Virus record (IMG/VR): IMGVR_UViG_3300005263_000012
Span: 25,431 to 89,430 of that record
Direction: 5' to 3' (one strand)
Length of the DNA: 64,000 bases
Source: a virus
In this document: in pieces, positions 56,046 through 64,000 of the stretch
Layout of the letters: the number at the start of each line of letters is the position of its first letter
Numbering within the stretch: position 1 is the first letter of the stretch
Translations under genes and position numbers: made by a program
Notes under the pieces: model-generated
Database searches by the model: none
Seen by the model: only the letters and a program-made list of their open reading frames with translations
What the model was told of the DNA's origin: nothing

Positions 56046-56208
56046 CTTTAAGATCAGTTAATGCAGTCTCCATACACTCAATATATACATTTATATGCTT
56101 TAGATCATCATCTGTAAAATCCGGATTTATAGTGTTAATTTTATTCAGGCCGCTTGATATATTAAATAGATGATTGCAAGCCGATGTAAAGCGTTTATAT
56201 TCATTCAT
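56005..56208 (-). CDS. Hypothetical protein
   Basis: ATGA overlap with 56205..56708. Confidence 0.5.
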   Translation of the reverse strand: MNEYKRFTSACNHLFNISSGLNKINTINPDFTDDDLKHINVYIECMETALTDLKDEFKKIKELGKHD

Positions 56209-56708
56209 CTAATAATACTCCTTTCAAGCGCGTTATCTACGAGATACCTTACTACATCTTGCATTTTTGTACGTCTTTCTGTGTTGTTAATAATCATTAT
56301 TTCTATATTACTCCATAAATACGGATTTATAAAAATTGAGTCCCTTGGTATATACTTATTTATATATATTTTTAAATTTTCAAATTTAGCGGGGCATGGA
56401 TTAGATTCCATCATCCATTCAACACCACTTTTTATATATGCATCTTTTACTATAAACTCTGCTTCCAGCGCCATATTTTGAAGAATCTCATTGAAGTATT
56501 CAGTCCCGTTATATCTTGAATCAATTTTAAAATCTTTTGATATATATTGAGTTAATACTCTATACACTCCATCATTATATCTTATACTGTTAACATGTGG
56601 TGATAATCCAAGATCAACTTTTGTATATTTCTTCTCTTCAAGAGTTCGGATTCTTTCTTTTAACATTTCGTTTTCTTTTTTTAGGTTATTCAGTTCATCG
56701 TTATTCAT
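56205..56708 (-). CDS. Hypothetical protein
   Basis: GGTGA RBS. Confidence 0.55.
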   Translation of the reverse strand: MNNDELNNLKKENEMLKERIRTLEEKKYTKVDLGLSPHVNSIRYNDGVYRVLTQYISKDFKIDSRYNGTEYFNEILQNMALEAEFIVKDAYIKSGVEWMMESNPCPAKFENLKIYINKYIPRDSIFINPYLWSNIEIMIINNTERRTKMQDVVRYLVDNALERSIIR

Positions 56709-56741
56709 TTTTTATCACCCTTTACTATTTACACCCCCAAT

Positions 56742-57218
56742 TCAATTTACTAATTCCCTGTTTATAATACGCGTATACCCCATTATAGTCCAATCGCCAT
56801 CCACATAAAGAGGTGAAAAACTAATTTCATGCCCTCTCATTTTACATTCTAATATCTTGTCATAGATACTCCATTGATTCATTATACGTAGGCATGGTTT
56901 ATTTGTGAGGCTGTTATAATAAATAAAAAGATTTGCTGATGCTCTGTTTATTTTACTATGTATATCTACACCTAACATTCTCATTTTATTCTTTTGGCTG
57001 GATTTCATGAAATCACAATAATCAATGAATTTGAAATCTGAACCGAATATATCTGCAAGTTCAAATAATTCCTCAAATAAAATGCTATTTTGGTAAGATC
57101 GGAGTTCTTGAGGGGTGGTTGGTTCGTGAGTGAATACTGCAATCGGAACTAGATCTCTAGAATATTCTATCCTAGGCGGGTGATATTCATAGTATCCTGT
57201 ACAATTATAAGCTTCCAT
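56742..57218 (-). CDS. Hypothetical protein
   Basis: GGAGG RBS. Confidence 0.55.
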   Translation of the reverse strand: MEAYNCTGYYEYHPPRIEYSRDLVPIAVFTHEPTTPQELRSYQNSILFEELFELADIFGSDFKFIDYCDFMKSSQKNKMRMLGVDIHSKINRASANLFIYYNSLTNKPCLRIMNQWSIYDKILECKMRGHEISFSPLYVDGDWTIMGYTRIINRELVN

Positions 57219-57222
57219 TTAA

Positions 57223-57417
57223 CTATCCTCCGTTAGCTGCCTTATTGTATACTCTCTTTTTCAGATCCTCAATATAATCATCATCCGCGTGGACTTCTTT
57301 CCATACATGCAGATCTTTTCCATCTTTACAAGATAACACTACGCATATTCTCATAACCCCGTTTACATGCTGAATCAGTCCTTTGCCTTCGAATTCTGTT
57401 AATTTATTTTCAGCCAT
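57223..57417 (-). CDS. Hypothetical protein
   Basis: GGAGG RBS. Confidence 0.5.
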   Translation of the reverse strand: MAENKLTEFEGKGLIQHVNGVMRICVVLSCKDGKDLHVWKEVHADDDYIEDLKKRVYNKAANGG

Positions 57418-57658
57418 ATTTAACCCTCCGTTTCCATTCACCGCACCATTCATATAAATGCTTACTTTGAACCGCTGGATATCTTCTGCATATATGCATT
57501 TCGGAATTCCAGACGAAATCTAAAAATTTACAATTTGCGCAGTATTCAAAATCCTTATATTTTTCAGATAAACGATTAAGATATGCTTCGATTACTTCTT
57601 CTTTTGAAACGTTTTTATATAATTCACAGAAGTTCCAAAAATCTTCTATTCTATCCAT
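57410..57658 (-). CDS. Cys-containing hypothetical protein
   Basis: CANCKF...CRRYP...WCGEW. Confidence 0.6.
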   Translation of the reverse strand: MDRIEDFWNFCELYKNVSKEEVIEAYLNRLSEKYKDFEYCANCKFLDFVWNSEMHICRRYPAVQSKHLYEWCGEWKRRVKYG

Positions 57659-57686
57659 TGATTACTCCGATTTTTCACGTGTGTTT

Positions 57687-57872
57687 TTAGTTCCTGCATT
57701 GTATTCTCTTCCTCTCATTCAACTCTTTCCTAAGTGCCTTCCTGCTAACCTCCGACATATTAATCTTATTCTTCTTATTCCTGTGGTTGTAATCATCCAA
57801 TTCCTGCTTTAGTCGTGGATCTTCTTGTGAGTTCACTACTACCTTTATAGATTCATAGTCGATTTCAGTCAT
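57687..57872 (-). CDS. RHH regulator heading the antisense island
   Basis: IKVVV...INMSEVSRKALRKEL. Confidence 0.6.
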   Translation of the reverse strand: MTEIDYESIKVVVNSQEDPRLKQELDDYNHRNKKNKINMSEVSRKALRKELNERKRIQCRN

Positions 57873-58042
57873 GTGTCTAACTCTTTTTTATTTTTTATCA
57901 TTTATTGATTTTAAACTATATAATGGTTTCTATATTATATATTTCATAATATAGATGACATGATATATATTGCCCGAATAAATATATATCCTATTTTTTC
58001 TAATGTAACTATATAAAAATATAATTATTTTTAGAGCAAAAT

Positions 58043-59158
58043 ATGACTCTTTTTATACAAGGTTTAGCAATCCCACTCGGAATAAAAAACCTAAATGATT
58101 GGGGAGTCCCTGAATCCGAAGCAGACAACGTCCTAAACTCTTTAAAAGCCTCTTCTTTGAAAGTCTGCCCAGGTGAAGCTCACCTATGTGATTTTTCTCA
58201 AGATCCATACGGGAGAATCGGGCACGTAATCGATGCATGGAGAGAAGCTGACGGTATCCACGCAAAAGCGGAAGTAACGGACTCTGTTGCAGCGAGAAAA
58301 ATAAAGGAAGGAACCTGGAAAGATTTCAAATGGAGTACTTTCGCAGATTCAAAAACAGATCCTACTAAGAACGAGGGTTGGGCTGGCGGTGTCACCGTCA
58401 AATCAATGACTCTAGTAAGAAACCCAGCTTGGGAGCAAGCACAATACCAGATCACAGCTTCGGCTGATGATACATTTACAGAACTCAGACTTTTTTCAGA
58501 TTTTTCATTAATCGCATCAGGAGATGATCACATACCAACAGATGACGAGCTGAAAGCAGCTCAAACGAAAATTGCAGACATGCAGAAGGAGATAGACACT
58601 CTTACGCAGTCGGCAACTGTTTCAGCATCCACAATTGAGAAACAGAAAACCAAGATTACAAAACTGGAAGCCTCAATCGTGGAAAAAGACAAGTCGCTCA
58701 ATGTAGCAGTGAACGACGTTACAGAGGCAAAAACATCACTTGAAAAAGCCACTGAAGAAAATGGTAAACTCACTGCTTCTGTTAACGATCTCAATACAAA
58801 ACTTGACGAAAAAACAACCCTTGTCGCCTCTCTAGAGATGGAGAAGGCAAGAAGCGTACCTATGAAAGAAATCAACACTATGATTGCAGCAGCTATTGAA
58901 CAGCACGATCTTGATCTGAAAGCTGCTAACGAACGCGACGAAGCGTTTAAAATGTTCGCTTCTGCTCGTGAATCGCTCGGACTTGAAACTAAACCTGAGA
59001 ATTATACTACACTCTCAGCAGCAGACCTTACCACGCTTGCTCAGGAGTTTGGAGCGGTGAAAGTTTCCGCAGCTCAGATTAGATATCCTGCAGATAATTC
59101 GGGTTCATCTGGATTTACAGTTGGAAGGCCGGACGGTAAAGGTGGATGGGTGGTGTAA
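58043..59158 (+). CDS. Capsid maturation protease fused to a coiled-coil scaffold
   Basis: N-terminal N.N.W...H...IGHVIDAW...KIKEG...S protease pattern; long heptad-rich C-terminal half; precedes the capsid genes. Confidence 0.75.
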   Translation: MTLFIQGLAIPLGIKNLNDWGVPESEADNVLNSLKASSLKVCPGEAHLCDFSQDPYGRIGHVIDAWREADGIHAKAEVTDSVAARKIKEGTWKDFKWSTFADSKTDPTKNEGWAGGVTVKSMTLVRNPAWEQAQYQITASADDTFTELRLFSDFSLIASGDDHIPTDDELKAAQTKIADMQKEIDTLTQSATVSASTIEKQKTKITKLEASIVEKDKSLNVAVNDVTEAKTSLEKATEENGKLTASVNDLNTKLDEKTTLVASLEMEKARSVPMKEINTMIAAAIEQHDLDLKAANERDEAFKMFASARESLGLETKPENYTTLSAADLTTLAQEFGAVKVSAAQIRYPADNSGSSGFTVGRPDGKGGWVV

Positions 59159-59160
59159 AC

Positions 59161-60039
59161 ATGACATATTTAGGAGTTAGACCTCCATCAAACGCAGTTG
59201 TATTTGGTGGAACTGCACACAAGATAATTCAGAAAATCGAAACTGCAACTAACTGTTATCCAGGCCGCCTCGTCATAAAAGGAACAAATGACGACGATGT
59301 AATAGTAGGCGATGGAATAAGCACACCCGCGGGTTTTCTTGGATATGAACAGGCAGATCCAGAACAAGCACCTGACAACATCACATCATTATATCTTGTA
59401 AATTCTCAGGCTCCGGTAATTTCTGGTCCATGTTTCATTAAAATGCCTTCGGGTCTTGCTGCAAAAACCGTTGCGACTAAAAATGATTTTCTTCTCTCAT
59501 GGAGTAACGGGCAGGTTGTTCCAGGTGCATACTTCGGTGGAAGACTGGCTATAAAAGTGCCATTTTCAAAGAGCACAACTGAAGTTCAGACTATTACTCT
59601 TCCAGCCGGGGCAATAGTAAGAAGTGTTATTCCTCAGTGTACCACAAACGCAAGCGGTGGAACAATCGACATTGGGACCCTTTCATCTGACTCTGGCGAC
59701 GCTGATGGATTCGTCGATGGTGCAAGTCTAGCATCTGCTGGTTTTGTTCTTCCGAACATTGCAGATACGACAGCCGGAAACATAACCGTAGGAGCTCTCC
59801 TTAAAGAACATGCTTTGCTTGACGCTACAGCAAGCACACCCTATACAGTGGCCTTGCAGAACGGATATGTGATTCCAGCGGGCGGTAAGGTTCTCACCTA
59901 CACAACTTCAGATCACACCGTTGCTGGTTTTATCTACGTGGTTCTTGAAAGTCCAGGTGTTATCCCCGTCGGAAGAACTCTCCTTAGTGCAAGTGCAGCA
60001 AGTGCAGCAGTAGATGTTTGCCTGAAATGTTTGATTTGA
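59161..60039 (+). CDS. Head decoration/cement protein
   Basis: Between protease and MCP; G/A/T-rich beta protein with an inserted LPAGAIV...IDIG domain. Confidence 0.6.
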   Translation: MTYLGVRPPSNAVVFGGTAHKIIQKIETATNCYPGRLVIKGTNDDDVIVGDGISTPAGFLGYEQADPEQAPDNITSLYLVNSQAPVISGPCFIKMPSGLAAKTVATKNDFLLSWSNGQVVPGAYFGGRLAIKVPFSKSTTEVQTITLPAGAIVRSVIPQCTTNASGGTIDIGTLSSDSGDADGFVDGASLASAGFVLPNIADTTAGNITVGALLKEHALLDATASTPYTVALQNGYVIPAGGKVLTYTTSDHTVAGFIYVVLESPGVIPVGRTLLSASAASAAVDVCLKCLI

Positions 60040-60051
60040 GGTGATTAAAAA

Positions 60052-60921
60052 ATGACAAATGCTATAGTTGAATTTTCCAAAGAACTTGATAAAAAAATTG
60101 TACCACCTCTCAGACAAGTTCTGAAAGGCAGACAGCTAGTTCATGTGACTCCACCGGCTGGATTTGGTGTTACTTCCGTAGATTGGGGTAAAATTACCGA
60201 AATGTCGGCAGGTTATGTTTCATTTGGTTTTTCAGACGGAAACACTGACAGGATAGATATTAGCCTGACTCACAGCAAAGTTCCTGTTTACTGGAAAGAT
60301 TATGAAATTGACAGGAGAATTTACGAAGGTTGGAGGCAGGGAGGCGTTGATATTGACGCAGCAAATGCCATTGCAGCAGCTTACCAGGCAGGCAAAGTTG
60401 AGGATTCTGCCCTCATAAATGGTGTCAGCAACGATGGTACAGTTTACGACATTCCAGGTCTTTACCAGGGGGCAGGCAATGATTACAGTACCTCCGCTGC
60501 AATTGGAACATTTGGAGTAGCTACAACTGCACTAACCGGAGCACTCAACCTCATGGATGATGACGGTGTCCCTGTTGACAGAATGCCTTTCAATTGGGTC
60601 GTAAACTCCACTACCTACCATAAAATCAGGAAATCGAGAGACACAATTGGAACTCGTGAACTACCTGACGTTTTGGATCTGTTGAATGGTGGACAGTTAA
60701 TTTCAGTTGGTACAACCCTCACATCCGCACAGGGCTTTGTATGTCCTACCGCTGCAGTTGGTGAACCTTACGTCGATTACTACCTAACAGCAGATTTCCA
60801 GACCGACCCAAAACAGCCAGAATATCAAAAAACTGGTCCAGTCGGAGGACGTGTATTCAGTGCTGGTGTCCTGAGAATCAAACAGGATGTTGCAATCTGT
60901 AAGACTTCGAACCTGTCATGA
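60052..60921 (+). CDS. Major capsid protein (HK97 fold, encapsulin/linocin-like)
   Basis: Position; 289 aa; AAxxAGKVEDxALINGV...GL pattern. Confidence 0.8.
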   Translation: MTNAIVEFSKELDKKIVPPLRQVLKGRQLVHVTPPAGFGVTSVDWGKITEMSAGYVSFGFSDGNTDRIDISLTHSKVPVYWKDYEIDRRIYEGWRQGGVDIDAANAIAAAYQAGKVEDSALINGVSNDGTVYDIPGLYQGAGNDYSTSAAIGTFGVATTALTGALNLMDDDGVPVDRMPFNWVVNSTTYHKIRKSRDTIGTRELPDVLDLLNGGQLISVGTTLTSAQGFVCPTAAVGEPYVDYYLTADFQTDPKQPEYQKTGPVGGRVFSAGVLRIKQDVAICKTSNLS

Positions 60922-60930
60922 GGTGATTTG

Positions 60931-61146
60931 ATGGGAGATGTAAAAGTCCAAGTCCGAATTAGTCATCTCGCGGTAGGTGCAATTGCAAACGGAATTGAAA
61001 ATAAAACAGTATATTCTAAGGGGCAGGAATTTACCTGCTCCGAAGAAGAAGCTAAGAGGCTAGGTACTTCGGTAATTATTATTGAGAAGATTCCAGATAT
61101 TGTTTATGAAAAGGCTTCAGCCCCGGACAAGACTGGAAAACGGTGA
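60931..61146 (+). CDS. Small head-associated protein
   Basis: Directly after the MCP. Confidence 0.5.
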   Translation: MGDVKVQVRISHLAVGAIANGIENKTVYSKGQEFTCSEEEAKRLGTSVIIIEKIPDIVYEKASAPDKTGKR

Positions 61147-61150
61147 TTAA

Positions 61151-61525
61151 ATGGCCTTGTGTTCTGTTGCCGATGTCCGAGCTAAAATATATACAGAAAT
61201 GACTGATGCAGACATAGAAGATATTATAAATGAAGTATCAACCGAAGTATTAACACTTGCGGGAACTACGGTTGAAAGCAATTCCAGTATAATTCTTGCC
61301 GGGAAATATGCAGCCTATGCTGCTACACTCCGTCGGATGAGAACAACCGGAGAAGCAGCCGCTAGCGTCAAACATGGAAATGGTACGCAACAGAACACAA
61401 TAGACGCAGATATCTCATTTTACGATCAAAAATCAAACTTTTTTATAGAGAAGTTTAGAACATCCTCTTTTTCAATTGTAGCTGGTAGAATGGGTTTTGG
61501 GAGTGTAAACAGTGAACTCTCTTAA
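61151..61525 (+). CDS. Head-tail adaptor (connector)
   Basis: CSVADVRA start; synteny. Confidence 0.65.
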   Translation: MALCSVADVRAKIYTEMTDADIEDIINEVSTEVLTLAGTTVESNSSIILAGKYAAYAATLRRMRTTGEAAASVKHGNGTQQNTIDADISFYDQKSNFFIEKFRTSSFSIVAGRMGFGSVNSELS

Positions 61526-61877
61526 TCTCGCTATGAAACATAATTGCCAGGTGCTCCGTGATACGGGTACTACGCAGAATGATGCAGGAACGCCGATTCA
61601 AAATATAGTTACAACTTCATATAAATGTTTATTTTCAAAAATAACTACTGCGAATAATTCAATTTCACTTACTGAAGCTGGAAAAGTTAAAGTTTCGTCG
61701 GTGGTGTGTTTTCTCCCCAAAAATGCAGTTGTTTATAAGGGGGACTACATAGCAACAACCGAAACACACTGGACAGGGACATATGAAGTTCAAGATGTAG
61801 ATGCTCCCGCTTCTTTTCATTCTGATGATGTTGACCACATAGAAGCTTTCCTCAAGGGGGTTGCAAAACGTGGCTGA
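61512..61877 (+). CDS. Head closure/head-tail joining protein
   Basis: Beta-rich; GDYI...YEV..V...DHIE; synteny. Confidence 0.6.
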   Translation: MNSLNLAMKHNCQVLRDTGTTQNDAGTPIQNIVTTSYKCLFSKITTANNSISLTEAGKVKVSSVVCFLPKNAVVYKGDYIATTETHWTGTYEVQDVDAPASFHSDDVDHIEAFLKGVAKRG

Positions 61878-62232
61878 TGGCATCACAGTAAAAATAGATG
61901 GTATAAAAGAGCTTCAATCAAAGTTCAAACTTATTGAAAATGATATTCAAGATATTCTTTCTAAGAGTGTAAGCCAGGGAGCCGCCGTCATAGAAAGAGA
62001 AGCTAAACAAATTGTCCATGTTGACACAGGCCGGCTTCGAAACAGCATCAGAGAAATCAAGACTGAATCATCAGCTACGCGGGCAGAATCTCAAGTTGGT
62101 ACAGATGTAGAATACGGCCCAGATGTAGAATTTAGATATCCATATCTTCGTCCTGCAATCGATAATAACGAGGACGAAATAAAAGATGCTGTTGAAATGT
62201 CTATCAAATCGAGACTAGCGGGGTATCGTTGA
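61870..62232 (+). CDS. HK97 gp10-like tail completion protein
   Basis: VDTGRLRNSI...VGTDVEYGP.VE...PYLRPA. Confidence 0.8.
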   Translation: MADGITVKIDGIKELQSKFKLIENDIQDILSKSVSQGAAVIEREAKQIVHVDTGRLRNSIREIKTESSATRAESQVGTDVEYGPDVEFRYPYLRPAIDNNEDEIKDAVEMSIKSRLAGYR

Positions 62233-62609
62233 TGCTAGGGGAAGCTATACGTGACATTCTGTTATCAAATTCAACCGTTTATGGGTTGGTTGGATCTCGT
62301 ATATACCCAAACGAACTTCCTCTAAAGACCTCGTTTCCAGCTTTAACTTATTCTTTCCCATCTGATCCATTTAAAATCGTTATGCGGTCGGCGAGATGCC
62401 AAATAAACTGTTGGGCCGCAGATTACACCACTAGAGAAAATTTAAAATTAGCAGTCGAAAATGCTTTGAAATTTTTTACAGGTGTCAAAAAAGACGTAAC
62501 AATTGAAATTATTTTCCCGATTGGATATTACGATCATTACAAAGACAAAACTTCAGGATTTTCTTACGTTCCAATTGACTTCAAAGTAAATTACTATCCA
62601 CAGAGGTAA
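62229..62609 (+). CDS. Tail terminator (DUF3168-like)
   Basis: V..LVG.RIYP...P.LTY...QINCWA. Confidence 0.75.
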   Translation: MMLGEAIRDILLSNSTVYGLVGSRIYPNELPLKTSFPALTYSFPSDPFKIVMRSARCQINCWAADYTTRENLKLAVENALKFFTGVKKDVTIEIIFPIGYYDHYKDKTSGFSYVPIDFKVNYYPQR

Positions 62610-62612
62610 AAC

Positions 62613-63437
62613 ATGGCAAGAGCACAGACAACACCACAGCTACTTAATTCTGTAACGATGGGTAGCGCGAAAATAGAAATGCGAGCTTACGGATCTTCAG
62701 GAGCTTATACTGATCTAGGTTTAGCTTCTGGTATTGAATTTACAGAAACGATAACACCGGCTGAAATTAAGGCAGACAATGCTTCTCCTATTACAGTCGA
62801 CCTTCAGGAACATTCAGCTACCGTGAAATTTGACCTTCTTGAACAGGATCTCGCAAAGATCTATGCTTTGAGGGGTGGTTCAGGCGGGCTTGATACGTAT
62901 GACTCGCAGGCTGCCGAAGCTGTAACTGTTACGAATGAGCCACATACTCTGACAGGTACTCAGATGGTAGCACTTGATTATGCTAACGGTGATGGTTCCG
63001 AAGTGGGCTCAATTGTAGTTACCGATGCATCAAGTAATGCAGCAGTCCGTAACACGGATTATGTAATTACCATAGGATCAGATGGGAAAACCTACATTGG
63101 AAGGGTGGCAGCGTCAACCGTGATTTCCACAGGAGAAGGTGTTCTCGTTGACTATACTTATACCCCGCTTGCCAACAAATCACTTTCAAGTGGTGGGAAA
63201 TCCACTATAGGATATCTCGAAGTTAAGCTTACCAACCTGAAAAATATTTCTGGAACTGACAAGGCAAAGACAATTACAGTGTATAAGGTCCAGGTTCAAA
63301 CCGGCCTAGATTATAAGTTCCCAGCTGGTGACTCTACAGACCCGCTTTCGTATCCGGTTGAACTCAAGGGTTATGACGATGCCACTAGGACAGCAGGCGA
63401 TCAACTGTACAAGATTGTTGATGAACAGGGGGTCTAA
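62613..63437 (+). CDS. Major tail tube protein
   Basis: Synteny after the terminator; DLG...GIEFT; inserted beta domain. Confidence 0.75.
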   Translation: MARAQTTPQLLNSVTMGSAKIEMRAYGSSGAYTDLGLASGIEFTETITPAEIKADNASPITVDLQEHSATVKFDLLEQDLAKIYALRGGSGGLDTYDSQAAEAVTVTNEPHTLTGTQMVALDYANGDGSEVGSIVVTDASSNAAVRNTDYVITIGSDGKTYIGRVAASTVISTGEGVLVDYTYTPLANKSLSSGGKSTIGYLEVKLTNLKNISGTDKAKTITVYKVQVQTGLDYKFPAGDSTDPLSYPVELKGYDDATRTAGDQLYKIVDEQGV

Positions 63438-63439
63438 GC

Positions 63440-63778
63440 ATGGTTGATGAAGGTATGAAAGTAATAAACCCAACTGCTAAAAAAATAAATTTAGGTGGGG
63501 AAATTGTTGAGGTGGCCTTTGTTCCAGCAAAGGTAACCCTCGATGCTGCAAAAATAAGCGATGGAATGAAAAAGGGGACTATGTCTGAGTATGAAGGCTC
63601 TGAACAGATGCTTATTATGGTTGAAAACATCTGCAAAAAGTCAAACCCGGCTATTACCCGTGATTGGCTTCTCGAAAACACATCTATGGAAATGATGTTA
63701 GAGTTTATGAATTACGTTGTGGGTGGAACCAGCGATCCTGTAAAAACTACACAGGATGGGAATTCAGAAAAAAACTGA
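63440..63778 (+). CDS. Tail assembly chaperone (G-like)
   Basis: Follows the tail tube gene; ends at a slippery site. Confidence 0.7.
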   Translation: MVDEGMKVINPTAKKINLGGEIVEVAFVPAKVTLDAAKISDGMKKGTMSEYEGSEQMLIMVENICKKSNPAITRDWLLENTSMEMMLEFMNYVVGGTSDPVKTTQDGNSEKN

Positions 63779-64000
63779 CCATCGGCGAACTGTTTGTTCA
63801 AGTGGGTATGATGTTTGCCTGGGCTACACCAGAATACTTACTTGACAAAATGTCACTTGATCAAATAATTTATTATTATAATATTGGCTGGGAGACAAAA
63901 CAGACAGAAGCGAAGGTACATTGGGGCACTTATGGATCGTTAATGTCTGAAAGCAATCCAGAAAATCCACAAAGGAAGCAATCAAGACCGGACATCGAAG
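63769..64000 (+). CDS. -1 frameshift extension of the tail assembly chaperone (GT-like), runs off the window
   Basis: Slippery heptamer A AAA AAC (63769-63775) just before TGA; -1 frame KKLTIGELFVQVGMMFAWATPEYLLDKMSLDQ... open to 64000. Confidence 0.8.

Noticed and set aside
58053-58878. Minus-strand ORFs within the protease/scaffold gene
   Set aside because: Antisense shadows with no independent motifs
1-64000. Integrase, attL/attR junctions or IS elements
   Set aside because: No recombinase or transposase motifs and no host genes recognised; the tRNA-Gln is complete, not a 3' att fragment
1-64000. Pyrrolysine (UAG) readthrough genes
   Set aside because: No case found where a recognisable domain continues past an in-frame TAG

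Overview
The window is gene-dense, AT-rich sequence with archaeal signals (TATA/BRE promoters, GGAGG/GGTGA ribosome-binding sites, many ATGA/TAATG overlaps). It has no recognisable host housekeeping genes. It reads as part of one large head-tailed (Caudoviricetes-like, long-tailed) archaeal virus or virus-like replicon. The host is most likely a Methanosarcinales methanogen, inferred from the archaeal MCM and ThyA, an A1:U72 tRNA-Gln and Methanosarcina-type beta-helix surface proteins. Layout: (1) 1-8 kb, small accessory and regulatory ORFs (ASCH, pyrimidine-dimer glycosylase-like, RHH, PD-(D/E)XK-like). (2) 8.5-16.3 kb, a minus-strand operon with a VirB4-like ATPase, PrgI/VirB3-like, VirB6-like and pilin-like membrane proteins, a secreted disaggregatase-like beta-helix protein and an HNH nuclease. 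This is a minimal conjugation/Ced-like module, unexpected in a tailed virus. (3) 16.4-29.7 kb, secreted proteins and many small hypothetical ORFs. (4) 29.8-32.3 kb, an orphan tailspike cassette. (5) 32.5-47.5 kb, a minus-strand early arm with MCM, a nested-palindrome origin candidate, ERCC4 nuclease, Tmk, ThyA, an SSAP-like protein, and a non-coding cluster holding one intact tRNA-Gln(UUG) plus three anticodon-less tRNA-like elements. (6) A divergent RHH switch at about 47.5 kb. (7) 49.5-64 kb, packaging, head and tail genes (TerS, TerL, portal, MuF-metalloprotease, DUF2829/Tad2-like, protease-scaffold, decoration protein, HK97-type MCP, neck, tail tube, and a tail chaperone with a -1 frameshift). 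No integrase, DNA polymerase, reverse transcriptase or CRISPR array was seen. All family assignments come from motif recognition by eye; no database searches were run.
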